Source: an uncultured bacterium (lineage in GTDB: Bacteria > SAR324 > NAC60-12). Taken from it: a DNA stretch of 32,523 nucleotides. Shown piece by piece: positions 15,401-24,524 of the stretch (its first letter is position 1; the number at the start of each line of letters is the position of its first letter). The stretch covers positions 1 to 32,523 of the forward strand of contig CBFIJD010000034.1 in NCBI GenBank assembly GCA_965662845.1, read 5' to 3'. The position numbers and the translations under genes are program-made. A model generated the notes under the pieces. The model ran no database searches and was not told where the DNA came from. It worked only from the letters and a program-made list of their open reading frames with translations.

Positions 15401-17614
15401 ACGACGACAGAGTTTCTGGACACGACCAGCTCCTCGAACAGCCTGACGACCGATGGGACTTATCTCTATTTCACCGACAGCAACGTCGTGCGCAGAGTCC
15501 TGCTGGCCGGTGGCAGCGCGGCAGATGTCTCTAGCAATTACAGCGGGCGCACGCTCGACGGCATCGTCACTGACGGGAGCTACCTATACTTAGGAACGCG
15601 CAGCGCCAACGCCGTGGTGCGCATGGACCTAGACGGCTCCAACCCCACCACCCTCTATGACACCTCGCTCACAGGCCCCATCGCCGGCCTCACTTCTGAC
15701 GGAACCCGCCTCTACTTCACGGATCGCGACGCACACCGCGTCAAAGTCCTCGCGGCGACCGCCGTGGTCGACACCACGGCCCCGACCAATCCCTCCCTCT
15801 CCATCGCCAGCGGCGCGTCGTATACCGATGACGCTTACGTCTCCATTAGCCTCAGCGGTCAAGACGACCAAGGCGTGACCGGCTATTACCTCTCCGAGAG
15901 CAGCAGCACGCCCAGCGCGAGCGCTTCTGGATGGCAAACCGTCTCCGCCGCCACCAACTTCTCAAAGACCCTCTCCTACGGTCTCAGCTCTAGCCAAGGC
16001 ACCAAAACCCTCTACGTTTGGTTGAAAGACGCCGCAGGCAATCTCTCGGCGTCCTCAGGGAGCGACACCATCGTGCTGGACACCGTTGGGCCTTACCGCC
16101 AGAGCGTCCAAATCAATAACGGGGATCGCTCTACCACGAGCCCCACCTTGACGCTCACTCTCACGAGCCAAGACGCGCTCAGCGGCGTGAGCGCTTATTA
16201 CGTCTCTCAATCCTCCACGACCCCTGCCGCCAGTGACGCGGGCTGGGAGACGTTCAGCGGCGTCAGCAACACCGCCACCATCAGCTACACCCTCAATGGC
16301 GTGAGCAACGCAGGAACCGTCACGCTCTACGCGTGGTTCAAGGATGGCGCAGGCAATCTCTCGGCCGCTGCCTCCGATAGCATCGAATATGGATTGAGCT
16401 TCATGATCGCGGCGGGGGAGTTCACAACCTGTGCGCTCAGCGACGGGCAAGTCTACTGCTGGGGATCAGATCGGCTCAGTCAGATTGGAGAGGGGCTCAC
16501 CAGCTATCGGGTGTACTATCAAGGCCAATACTACGACGAGCTGTACTCCTCCACCGTCCCCGTCGAAGCCTTGGTCAGCAATGGCCAACAGATTGTGATG
16601 GGCGCTCACAACCACGTCTGCGCGGTGCTCGACACTGGGGGGATGAAGTGTTGGGGAGAGCAAGATGACGGAGAGCTCGGCATTGGCTATGAAGACAACG
16701 CCGCCAACAACATTGCCGAGTCCACAGAGACCGAGCCGTATCCGACCACCGTGTTGAACATGAGCACCGCGACTCAAGCCGATCTCGGGGTCGATCACAC
16801 CTGCGCGGTCGTCTCTAACGGCACGCTGTATTGTTGGGGAGAGGGCGAAAATGACGCCCGCCTTGGGCAAAAGTACGCCGCCAACGCAGACCTCGCGGAT
16901 CGCAACAATGACGGAGACTGGGCGATCCCCGAGCTGACTTCTGGCATGACCAGCGTCGCCCAGGTCGCCACAGGCGAATATTTCACCTGCGTGCTGGTTT
17001 CTAATGGAGGCGTCTGGTGCTCAGGCAAGGTGGGAGGCGACAGCAACTCCAAGCACCACGGGACAGCGCCCGGCATCACTGCGCCGCTCAGCGATCTTGG
17101 TGGGTTCACGCAACTCTACAACCAAGCCGTCTATCCACCTGCCGTACAGATCAGCGCTTTTTATCAGCACATCTGCGCGCTGGGGGATGACGGCACCGTG
17201 CGTTGCTGGGGAGAAGGCGCCGACGGACGCCTTGGCAACGGAGGCACCGCCGACAGCGCGACGCCTGTGCAAGTGACCGGCATCACCGACGCCGTTTACC
17301 TCTCGGCAGGAATGCAGCACAGCTGCGCTATTTTGGGGGATGGGACGATCCAATGTTGGGGCGAGCAACGATATGGCAGGCTCGGCAATGGAAGCATCAG
17401 CGCCGCGGATCAGACCACGCCGGTCGCTCTCTCAGGGAGCATCAACACTTGGGTCCAAGTCGCCACAGGCGCCTATCACACCTGCGCCGTGACGGCTGAC
17501 GAGCGATACTACTGCTGGGGACGCAACAACTACGGTCAGCTCGGCGTGGGGTCGCGCGACTTCACTGACGACGATGGCGTGGGGATCCCGTCTGCGGTCT
17601 CTGCTTTCCCATAG
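12479..17614 (+). CDS. Large surface lipoprotein: SBBP propeller, 3 Ig-like repeats, NHL-like propeller, 2 Ig-like repeats, RCC1 propeller
   Basis: Lipobox LLG-C and Ser/Gly/Asp linker. Repeated GNxYxxGxTxG…DxFxxKxxxxGxxxW blades, five ~100-aa units with YxW(F/L)xD, repeated ITxDGxxLY, and C-terminal HxCA…CWG…GxLG repeats. Confidence 0.88.
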   Translation: MTMSALLRIVTAFAFALLLGCDQQALNINDSTSDPDNSTTSVGGSETADDANEGSSGSDNSGDSGTSGDSGTGVVLSCTAPDTGFTGWSASVQYGSDQEDLLLAGSQDCAGNLYVAGSTRGAFQTNAGNRDGFLFSYRPDGLERWRAQVGTTSDDLINDVAVDKAGNVYIVGETSGELANAALANPPDGFVQKFNASGTLQWTRQIGTNDYDTLNTVVVSDDGNVYAAGITFAQFDGSISNVTCTNIADNCTSNQGGRDFFLVKYNPDGTLQWLDQYGTDQDDYADALAINADGSILYLGGRSSGVFQTGVTPGKTDFFGMRFNSSGERLWTLQSGTADIDVLTDLVVKEDNSVYFVGNTYGTFGQDNLSRNSDVMLGHIDASGTLQWATQFASEGSSALAVNVDSQGNLIVGGSTQGALDGNSNVGGFDAFLASYDTNGNQNWLRQNPLSTTGDDEMYAIMSTDEGLYAAGHTSGDLVGSSYGSYDFFLIKFDENGNLRSADGPPVNPAVSIENGAASSNKTPSQYTLTLSARDLVGQVTHYLVKESAGTPTTTNTGWTALSNPSSTISENVTYPFFSGGTDGDIKTIYAWFKDDQDRISASAQDSILIDSISPVSPTLSIDSGATYSRGNPLSVSLQAADNLQVTGYFLRESLVAPTLDEAGWVTVSPDNTSYTATVSYTAENPTDGGDVDLYVWFRDEAGNLSNSATDAITFDLSAPAGSLTLNSGNPTSTSTTVTAAIAATDSVGVTGYYLSENSTVPTADTQGWVTFAATTNYSTSVSHTFSNGYGYNTLYVWFQDQIGNIAPKALDEIQITPILGGAIQTGEALDNLTTASNFAGDGTNASTDGTGTSAQLAQPHGITTDGSNLYVAEYTSGNIRRLDLFSDNSSPSVTTFVTGLGSNLTGITNDGTHLYVARDDGTIHKIQLSDGSVAALNTGLGASSLQAITHDGTLLYVSNANDTKIYTVDPSTGTTTEFLDTTSSSNSLTTDGTYLYFTDSNVVRRVLLAGGSAADVSSNYSGRTLDGIVTDGSYLYLGTRSANAVVRMDLDGSNPTTLYDTSLTGPIAGLTSDGTRLYFTDRDAHRVKVLAATAVVDTTAPTNPSLSIASGASYTDDAYVSISLSGQDDQGVTGYYLSESSSTPSASASGWQTVSAATNFSKTLSYGLSSSQGTKTLYVWLKDAAGNLSASSGSDTIVLDTVGPYRQSVQINNGDRSTTSPTLTLTLTSQDALSGVSAYYVSQSSTTPAASDAGWETFSGVSNTATISYTLNGVSNAGTVTLYAWFKDGAGNLSAAASDSIEYGLSFMIAAGEFTTCALSDGQVYCWGSDRLSQIGEGLTSYRVYYQGQYYDELYSSTVPVEALVSNGQQIVMGAHNHVCAVLDTGGMKCWGEQDDGELGIGYEDNAANNIAESTETEPYPTTVLNMSTATQADLGVDHTCAVVSNGTLYCWGEGENDARLGQKYAANADLADRNNDGDWAIPELTSGMTSVAQVATGEYFTCVLVSNGGVWCSGKVGGDSNSKHHGTAPGITAPLSDLGGFTQLYNQAVYPPAVQISAFYQHICALGDDGTVRCWGEGADGRLGNGGTADSATPVQVTGITDAVYLSAGMQHSCAILGDGTIQCWGEQRYGRLGNGSISAADQTTPVALSGSINTWVQVATGAYHTCAVTADERYYCWGRNNYGQLGVGSRDFTDDDGVGIPSAVSAFP

Positions 17615-17631
17615 TTCCTGCTGGGTTCTCT

Positions 17632-19650
17632 TCACTTGAACTGTCGGAGTTGCGCGAAGAAGTCGGCGCGTGACTCCTTCTTCTTTTCCTGCTTCACCTC
17701 CACACTCATCTCTGCCCCAATCGGCACTGTGAACAGCTCGGGCTTGATGTCGAGCAGAAACCGGGACGGCTGCTGCGTCAGCTCTTCCTTGAAGCGCTTG
17801 CGTTTCTTGGCCATGGAGAACGTCAGCTCTTCCTTCGCCCGTGTGATGCCCACATAGCACAGCCGCCGCTCCTCTGACTCCCCGCTCTCCTCGACGCTGC
17901 GCTGGTTGGGGAAGGTGCCCTCGGCCATGCCAATCAAGAAGACATAGGGAAACTCCAGCCCCTTGGCGCTGTGCAGCGTCATCAGCGTGACCATATTTTG
18001 CGGCTCGTCCTCGTCCCGATCGTTCTGTGTGAACAACATGATGCGTTCCAGATAGTCGCGGAGCTGTCTCTCAGGGTTCTGCTCCACGTAGCGGTTGAGC
18101 CCACGGATCAGCTCATGGATGTAGCCGATGCGCTTCTCTTTGGTCTTGGAGTCGACTTTTTGCGCCGCCAGCTCGCGGAGGAGCCCGACTTCGTCGAGCA
18201 GCTCGCGGAACACCACGCCCAGCGGCTCCTGCTGAAATCGTTGACGATAGCGCAGGATCAAATGCGCGAAGCCTTCCATGCCCGCGGCGGCTTCAGAGGG
18301 GATCTTCTCGTGCTGACGCGCGTGTTTGCAGATCTCAAACAGCGGACGCTGCAACAGCTTGCAGTAGTAGTTCGCTTGGATCAGCGAGGTCTTGCCAATG
18401 CCCCGTCGTGGGTAGTTGATCACGCGGTGCAGGCTGACTTCGTCGAAGGTGTTGTGCACAATTTTTAGATACGCGAGCGCGTCTTTGACCTCCTTGCGCT
18501 CGTAGAACCCTGTGCTGCCGACCACTTGGTAGGGGATTCCTGCGTCGCGCAGGGACTCTTCGACGGAGCGGGACTGAAAGTTGGAGCGGAACAAAATCGC
18601 GTAGTCTCCGTGGCGTCTGCCGTACTTGAGCACCTGCGTGCGGATGCGTCGGACGATCTGTTCCATCTCTGCGTTCTCGTCGTCCGCTTCAATCCAGTCC
18701 AGCTTCGCGCCGCTGGGTTTCTGTGACCACAGCTTCTTGGGCATGCGCTGCGAGTTGTGCGAGATCACGTTGTTGGCGGCCTCCAGAATGACGGGCGTGG
18801 AGCGGTAGTTTTGCTCAAGGCGGATGATCTTCGCTTCTGGGAAGTCTTGCTCAAAGTCGAGGATGTTGCGGATGTCCGCCCCGCGCCAACCATAGATGGA
18901 CTGGTCATCGTCACCCACGACGCACAAGTTGCGGTGGTTCCGACACAGGTGCAGCAACAGCCGATATTGCACGCGGTTTGTGTCCTGATATTCATCCACC
19001 ATCAGGTAACGGAAGCGCTGGCGGACGGGCTCCATCACCGCGCTGTGGTGTTCAAACAGCTCCAGCGTCAGGTTAAGGATGTCGTCAAAATCAACGGCGT
19101 TGCAGCCTTTGAGGACTCTCTGATATTCCTGAAACACCTGCCCAATCAGATACTCCCGCGTGGAGTCGGTCTGGCTCAGGAAGTGGTCTGCGCCCGCTCC
19201 TCGGTTCTTCGCCTGCCCGATCTCATAGTGCACACCCTTGAAGTCAATCAGCCCCGTGTCGTCGAGGTTTTGCTCTTCCATGATCGTCTTGATCACGGAC
19301 TGCTGGTCTTGCGTGTCGTAGATGATGAAGTTTTGGCGGTAGCCCAACTCTTCAATGTGTTCCCGCAGCAGCCGCACGCCTAGCGCGTGAAAGGTGCTCA
19401 GCTGCACGCCTCTTTGACGTCCTTGCAGCTGCTCTTTGAGGCGCTCTTGCATCTCCTTCGCGGCTTTGTTGGTGAAGGTCACGGCCAGAATCTCCGACGG
19501 CGCCACCTGCAGCTGTTCGATCATGTGCGCGATGCGGTGAATGATCACTCGCGTCTTGCCTGAACCGGCACCGGCCAGAATCAAGACCGCGCCGTGGGCC
19601 GTCGTCACCGCTTCGCGTTGTTGCGGGTTGAGGGAGGAGAGGTCGAGCAT
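17632..19650 (-). CDS. UvrD/Rep/PcrA-family superfamily 1A DNA helicase
   Basis: LAGAGSGKTRV, VTFTNKAA, VDEYQDTN, VGDDDQSIYGWRGA, QNYRS, TLHSAKGLEF, EERRLCYVGITRA. Short C-terminus with no obvious Tudor-like tail. Confidence 0.95.
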   Translation of the reverse strand: MLDLSSLNPQQREAVTTAHGAVLILAGAGSGKTRVIIHRIAHMIEQLQVAPSEILAVTFTNKAAKEMQERLKEQLQGRQRGVQLSTFHALGVRLLREHIEELGYRQNFIIYDTQDQQSVIKTIMEEQNLDDTGLIDFKGVHYEIGQAKNRGAGADHFLSQTDSTREYLIGQVFQEYQRVLKGCNAVDFDDILNLTLELFEHHSAVMEPVRQRFRYLMVDEYQDTNRVQYRLLLHLCRNHRNLCVVGDDDQSIYGWRGADIRNILDFEQDFPEAKIIRLEQNYRSTPVILEAANNVISHNSQRMPKKLWSQKPSGAKLDWIEADDENAEMEQIVRRIRTQVLKYGRRHGDYAILFRSNFQSRSVEESLRDAGIPYQVVGSTGFYERKEVKDALAYLKIVHNTFDEVSLHRVINYPRRGIGKTSLIQANYYCKLLQRPLFEICKHARQHEKIPSEAAAGMEGFAHLILRYRQRFQQEPLGVVFRELLDEVGLLRELAAQKVDSKTKEKRIGYIHELIRGLNRYVEQNPERQLRDYLERIMLFTQNDRDEDEPQNMVTLMTLHSAKGLEFPYVFLIGMAEGTFPNQRSVEESGESEERRLCYVGITRAKEELTFSMAKKRKRFKEELTQQPSRFLLDIKPELFTVPIGAEMSVEVKQEKKKESRADFFAQLRQFK

Positions 19651-19700
19651 GGGAGTGACGTTACGGACAGAAAGGTTGCAGGTGCAGACAACTCATCGCT

Positions 19701-21029
19701 TCACACGACTTGTCCCACCAACACGTCGCCACGAGTGTGCAACAAGCGCACGGGCAAGAGTTGGTTGCGCAGCGCATGCGGGGGCGTCTCGGTGAGGACC
19801 ACGCGCTGGTAGTTGTCTGTGTAGCCGCCAACGGTGCCATCTGGTTTGGGAGCTTCAAACAAGACGTCGCGGAGCTGCCCGACCAGCTGGCGCTGAAAGG
19901 CGGAGCGCTTGCGCTTGCCCAGCTCTCGGAGTTGGCGGGCCCGCTCCTGTTTCACGTCCGGGGTCACTTTGGACGGCAAGCGTACGGCGGGGGTTCCCTG
20001 ACGCTCTGAGAAGGGGAAGACATGCAAGTAAGTCATCGGGAGCGATGCGAGCAGCGCGAGCGTCTCTTGGAACTCAACGTCGCCTTCCATGGGGAAACCC
20101 ACCATGACATCGGCGCCGACACACAGATCTGGGACCTGAGCGCAGGCTTCCTGCACTTCAGCGGCGTAGGCTTCGGCGGTGTAGCGACGCTTCATCAGCT
20201 GCAAAATTTTGTTTGAGCCGGACTGCAGCGGCAGGTGAAAGAACGGCACCAGCTTGTGCTGGGGGTCTGCCATCCACGCGAAGAGCTCTGGCTCGACGGT
20301 CGTCGGCTCAATCGACGAGATGCGAATGCGTGACAGCTCCGGCAAGCCGTTGAGAAACTCCACAATGTGCCGCAAGGTGCGCCCGTCGTGGTCATAGGTG
20401 CCGACGTTCACGCCCGTCAACACAAGCTCGCGCACGCCGCGCTGCACTTGCTGTCGCGCCTCTGCGCACAGGTTCTCAAACTCGCGATAACGGGAGCGTC
20501 CCCGCGCAAAGGGGATGATGCAGAACGAGCACATGAAGTCGCAGCCGTCTTGCACCTTGAGTTGTCCGCGTGTCGGGAGCCCGACGGCAGCCTCTGTTGG
20601 GGCCGGCGCGGCGAGGAGCGGCACCGCGAACGACTGCCGCTTGATCTTGTCATGGATCAGCTGTGTTGCGGCAGAGCCTGCGTGCAGTTGGCGGAGCCAC
20701 TGGGGTAAGTTGCTCTTTTCTTCATTCCCGACGACCAGCCCGACGCCTTCCAGCGCGGCGATGGCGTGGGGTTGCATCTGCGCGTAACAGCCGGTCACGG
20801 CGATGCGAGCGTGGGGGTTGCGACGGTGCAGTCCACGGATCAGCTGGCGGTTCTTCGCGTCGCTGTGCTCTGTGACCGTGCAGGTGTTCACGACGCAGAG
20901 GTCGGCGTCAGCGTCTTCGGGGACGATGTGATAGCCTTCGCTGGCGAGCTGGTGGCGGAGCGCTTCGGTTTCGGCGTGGTTGAGGCGGCAGCCGAGGGTG
21001 TGGAGAGAGACTCTGGTTGTCACAAACAA
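19701..21029 (-). CDS. mtaB: tRNA threonylcarbamoyladenosine methylthiotransferase MtaB
   Basis: TLGCRLN..E, NTCTVT, VTGCYAQ, radical SAM CDFMCSFC, RISSIEP, HLPLQSG, HVFPFS.R.GT, GYTDNY. Start could be GTG 21023. Confidence 0.9.
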   Translation of the reverse strand: MFVTTRVSLHTLGCRLNHAETEALRHQLASEGYHIVPEDADADLCVVNTCTVTEHSDAKNRQLIRGLHRRNPHARIAVTGCYAQMQPHAIAALEGVGLVVGNEEKSNLPQWLRQLHAGSAATQLIHDKIKRQSFAVPLLAAPAPTEAAVGLPTRGQLKVQDGCDFMCSFCIIPFARGRSRYREFENLCAEARQQVQRGVRELVLTGVNVGTYDHDGRTLRHIVEFLNGLPELSRIRISSIEPTTVEPELFAWMADPQHKLVPFFHLPLQSGSNKILQLMKRRYTAEAYAAEVQEACAQVPDLCVGADVMVGFPMEGDVEFQETLALLASLPMTYLHVFPFSERQGTPAVRLPSKVTPDVKQERARQLRELGKRKRSAFQRQLVGQLRDVLFEAPKPDGTVGGYTDNYQRVVLTETPPHALRNQLLPVRLLHTRGDVLVGQVV

Positions 21030-21109
21030 ACGTTGCTAAAATAGAAAATTTTTTGCTGTAGGGCGCGTCGTTAAGGCGTAGTAACTTATCATAGGAAGGA
21101 CAAATTGCG

Positions 21110-21754
21110 ATGAAAAATTCCCGATTCTGCGTGGCTCTCCTGTTGGTTTTGTTGGCTTGGACGTCCGCTGCTAGCTCCGTGTTTGCCGTCGGCGCGCGCT
21201 TGCGCATCTTACTGCCTGTCAGTGGTTCTGCGGAGGTGCAAGGCTTTGGGGATGAAGCTCCAGAGACGGGCGAGTTCGGCTTGTCGCTCTTGGTTCCGGT
21301 TGCTGACGACACTCGCCTGATCGCAGGTTATGCCTACTTTTCGGCAGCGGTCGAAGAGCGGCTGGACAACACCACCACCGTTCGGGTGAATGAAGGGAGG
21401 TTTGACGCACACCTGCTGGAAGTCGGCGCCGAGTATGGCGGCTGGCAGGCGTTTGAGGACTACGAGGTGCGGCTCAGCTTCGCGCTGAAACTTCCGCTCG
21501 GCGCTTCGGGCAAGGTCGAGACCACAGACGTTGCGAGCAGCAGCGTTACGCAAGCGGAGGAGTCTGCCAGCGGAGTGTCGGGAGGGGGCGTCTTCGCCAG
21601 TGTGGGGCTAGGACGCGGGCGTTGGGAAGGCATCCTGTATTATCAAGGGAGCACGCTGGACTATGGCTTGGACGTCCCGCAACAAAACGGGGCCACCGAT
21701 GCCGCTGTGATCCAACTGACGGAGGTCGGCGTGGGGGTTGGTTATGTGTTTTGA
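21110..21754 (+). CDS. Outer-membrane beta-barrel protein (small, probably 8-stranded)
   Basis: Signal peptide, alternating amphipathic strands, C-terminal VGVGVGYVF beta-signal. Confidence 0.75.
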   Translation: MKNSRFCVALLLVLLAWTSAASSVFAVGARLRILLPVSGSAEVQGFGDEAPETGEFGLSLLVPVADDTRLIAGYAYFSAAVEERLDNTTTVRVNEGRFDAHLLEVGAEYGGWQAFEDYEVRLSFALKLPLGASGKVETTDVASSSVTQAEESASGVSGGGVFASVGLGRGRWEGILYYQGSTLDYGLDVPQQNGATDAAVIQLTEVGVGVGYVF

Positions 21755-21803
21755 GGGAGCCTTTGCCATCCGCGAGTCGCTCGGCTTCGGCGGGGTGTGG
21801 CGG

Positions 21804-22343
21804 CTAGCGTCCTGCGCCAAGCGGGCGCGCCAGACTGTCGTCTGCGGCGCGGTGGTCGTAGTCGCCCCACCCTCCCTCGTGCGGCGCGCCGACCTCCCAC
21901 AGCGCGTCGAGTTCGGCTTCTAGCGGGTGCTGCTCCCCCTCGACACATCGAATGGCGCTGCGCTCTTGCCACCTCTCCCACGCTGCCGCATCGGTCTGCC
22001 GCCACTGGGAGCGCACCTTCTCGGCATCAGACAGAAAATCCAGCACTCGCAGGGGCGCGTTCGCCAATTCGGCGAGGATGTCGCCGTGACAGGGTTTGGG
22101 CTTGCAAAAACACCCCAGACGCTTGCCGCGCAGCTCCGGTAGATGCCAGCGCAGCTCGTGCGCTTGGGGAGAGGTCACCAGCCACGTGCGGTAGCGGCGC
22201 AAGTGCGCCTCGCGGCGCTCCTGAGGCAGGCTCGGCAACGGGTTGCCCCAAAAGCCGCGTTGTCCCTGACCGGGGCGTCCGATGTAGATGTCATAAGGGA
22301 GTTGGTGGTGCAAATTGACCACCCAGACCGCGGGAGGAGGCAC
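21804..22343 (-). CDS. DUF4326-domain protein with C-terminal ERxAI-motif extension
   Basis: VVN…YDIYIGRPG…WGNP…YRTWL…LRGKRLGCFCKPKPCHGDILAELAN. Tail WERWQERSAIRCVEG…EAELDA. Confidence 0.8.
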   Translation of the reverse strand: MPPPAVWVVNLHHQLPYDIYIGRPGQGQRGFWGNPLPSLPQERREAHLRRYRTWLVTSPQAHELRWHLPELRGKRLGCFCKPKPCHGDILAELANAPLRVLDFLSDAEKVRSQWRQTDAAAWERWQERSAIRCVEGEQHPLEAELDALWEVGAPHEGGWGDYDHRAADDSLARPLGAGR

Positions 22344-22350
22344 GCGAGGG

Positions 22351-22764
22351 TCACGCGCGTTGTTGCTGGAGTTCAGAGCAGAGGTTGTAGAGCACGCTCA
22401 GCATTTCTTCGAGGTCTAGCGGTTTGCTCAAAAACTGCTGCACCCCCGCATTGATCAGGTCGATCAGGTATTGCGACTCGTCGTGGGCCGAGATCACGAT
22501 GACCCACTGCTTCGGGTCGTGCTTGCGGATCTCTCGCACCATTTGGACGCCATTCATGTTCGGCATGTTGATGTCGGTGATGATGATGTCGTACTTGCCC
22601 GGTTCATAGCATTCCATGCCATGGCGTCCGTCATGCGCCAGATCAATCACCTCGAAGAAGTTCGACAACAACTCCGCGGTCTCCGTCTGGAGCATTGTGT
22701 CATCCTCGACATATAGAATCCGAATTCCCTGAGAGACGGACATTAATTTTTCAACGTCAAGCAT
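22351..22764 (-). CDS. Single-domain response regulator (receiver only)
   Basis: LYVEDD, IITDINMPNMNG (phosphoacceptor Asp), ISAH, FLSKP; no output domain. Confidence 0.92.
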   Translation of the reverse strand: MLDVEKLMSVSQGIRILYVEDDTMLQTETAELLSNFFEVIDLAHDGRHGMECYEPGKYDIIITDINMPNMNGVQMVREIRKHDPKQWVIVISAHDESQYLIDLINAGVQQFLSKPLDLEEMLSVLYNLCSELQQQRA

Positions 22765-22850
22765 TCCTTCCTCTTTGCAATTGCTACGTTTTCTAAAGGC
22801 CCATCTGTATGGGCATTCAGCACCAATTTGTCAAACTTTTCAAAATTTTG

Positions 22851-24518
22851 TCATCCGCTGGCGTTGGGAGTGGGGAGCGGGTTGAGTCTCATGCGAAAGC
22901 AAGCGCCGCCGTCACGATTCTCAACGCGCAATTGGCCATGCAGATGGTCTTCCACAATCATTTTGCTCATATACAAGCCGAGCCCTGTCCCATTGAGCTT
23001 TCCCTTGGTGGAGAAATAGGGATGAAAGATTCGCTCGGCAATCTCTGACGGAACGCCCCCCGCGTTGTCATGGACTTCGAGGATCTGTGATCCGTCGGTG
23101 TCTTGAAACAATCGCAGCGCCACCTGCTTGTCTGGGACCTCGTTGTCTGTCAGTGCTTCTTGGGCATTCTTCAGTAAGTTGAGCAAGACTTGTTGCAGCT
23201 CATTGGGATACAGCGCGAGCGGCGGTAGTTCGCGATAGTCTTCGACCACACGAATTCCTTGTGCACGATACGTGATCTCTACCATGTCGAGCGCTTTCTT
23301 CGTCAAATCTTGCAGCCGCACGCTCTCGCGCTCTTTGTCTGGACGAAAAAAGTTGCGGAAATCGTCGATCGTCTTGGACAGAAACTGCGTGGTGTCCATG
23401 ATCTTCTGCAGATCCTGCAGCTGTGCATCCCCAGCCTGTTTGCCCAGTTTGCCATGCAAGTATAGGCTCGCGGCGACCACGCTGATGGTGGAGAGCGGCT
23501 GCCGCCATTGGTGTGCAATCATGGCCAACATTTCGCCCATGGTCGCCATCTTTGTCGACTGCACAAGGCGGTCTTGGGTCGCTTGCAGCTCGAGATTAAT
23601 TTTTTGTAGCTCCGCGTTGCTCGCTCGCAAGTCTTCTGACGAGCGTCGCACCTGCTGAATGTGCACTAACAGCTCTCGCTGCATGTTGCGGAACGCCTCT
23701 AGCAATTGCCGCGATTCATAGGTGTTGGCGGGGATTTCATCGAGTCCCAGCGCCAGCAGCTGTTGCTCGAGTTTCTCTAGCGAAGCCCCATGAGAGGTAG
23801 AGAGCTGAGAGAGGCGCTGCGTCATGCGTTGCAGCGGAGTCGCCACTAGCCAAGCCACACTCATCGCCATCACGAGCCCCAGCGCCAACATGCCCAGCTC
23901 CAGCAAGAGCAGCGCGTTTTGGCTCTCTTCCAGCGCAGTGGTCAGGGGTTTCTGCGAGAAGCCAATGGTCAAAATACCGACTGGGTCCCCGAAGTAGTTC
24001 AGGCGCTGCTCTGCCTCAAGCACCACTTCTCCTTGACGGGCTCGCACTTCGTCGTCCACTACCGCGTCGGCCAGCAGGACTTGCTCGCGCAGTTTGTAGC
24101 TTCCCGAGTAGGCGACATACAGCCCCCCTTGCCGGTGGCGCTCTTCCAACGCCACGCTCGAATCATCCTTCCAAGCCACGATTTGGGGGTCATATCCTTC
24201 GACCAGCTCTTCATCCACCGCGGCCATGATCTCGCCATCTAAGCGGCGCATGAACACATAGACCACCACAGACTCTCGCTTAAGCTTACCGACGCCTGAG
24301 AGGGCCAGCTGCGCCCAATTGTTGGTCGCGATCCACTGTGTCGAGGTGCCGCCTACCGTCTGCGCAATCCAGTAGATCCGCTCATAATATGCTTGCCGCA
24401 GACTCTCTGACTGCCGCTGTTGCCCGAAGTGCCAGAGCAGCGCATTGGAGAACAGGACAGCAACACCAAGCGTCAGCGACAACAGCGTCCAAAGTTTCGG
24501 AGTCCAGTTGAAGGGCAT
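22851..24518 (-). CDS. Membrane sensor histidine kinase (2 TM, periplasmic domain, HAMP-like linker)
   Basis: Two hydrophobic segments, H-box IAHQWRQPL, N-box NLLKNA, DNAGGV, IFHPYFSTK, GTGLGL. Confidence 0.93.
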   Translation of the reverse strand: MPFNWTPKLWTLLSLTLGVAVLFSNALLWHFGQQRQSESLRQAYYERIYWIAQTVGGTSTQWIATNNWAQLALSGVGKLKRESVVVYVFMRRLDGEIMAAVDEELVEGYDPQIVAWKDDSSVALEERHRQGGLYVAYSGSYKLREQVLLADAVVDDEVRARQGEVVLEAEQRLNYFGDPVGILTIGFSQKPLTTALEESQNALLLLELGMLALGLVMAMSVAWLVATPLQRMTQRLSQLSTSHGASLEKLEQQLLALGLDEIPANTYESRQLLEAFRNMQRELLVHIQQVRRSSEDLRASNAELQKINLELQATQDRLVQSTKMATMGEMLAMIAHQWRQPLSTISVVAASLYLHGKLGKQAGDAQLQDLQKIMDTTQFLSKTIDDFRNFFRPDKERESVRLQDLTKKALDMVEITYRAQGIRVVEDYRELPPLALYPNELQQVLLNLLKNAQEALTDNEVPDKQVALRLFQDTDGSQILEVHDNAGGVPSEIAERIFHPYFSTKGKLNGTGLGLYMSKMIVEDHLHGQLRVENRDGGACFRMRLNPLPTPNASG

Positions 24519-24524
24519 GGGGCT

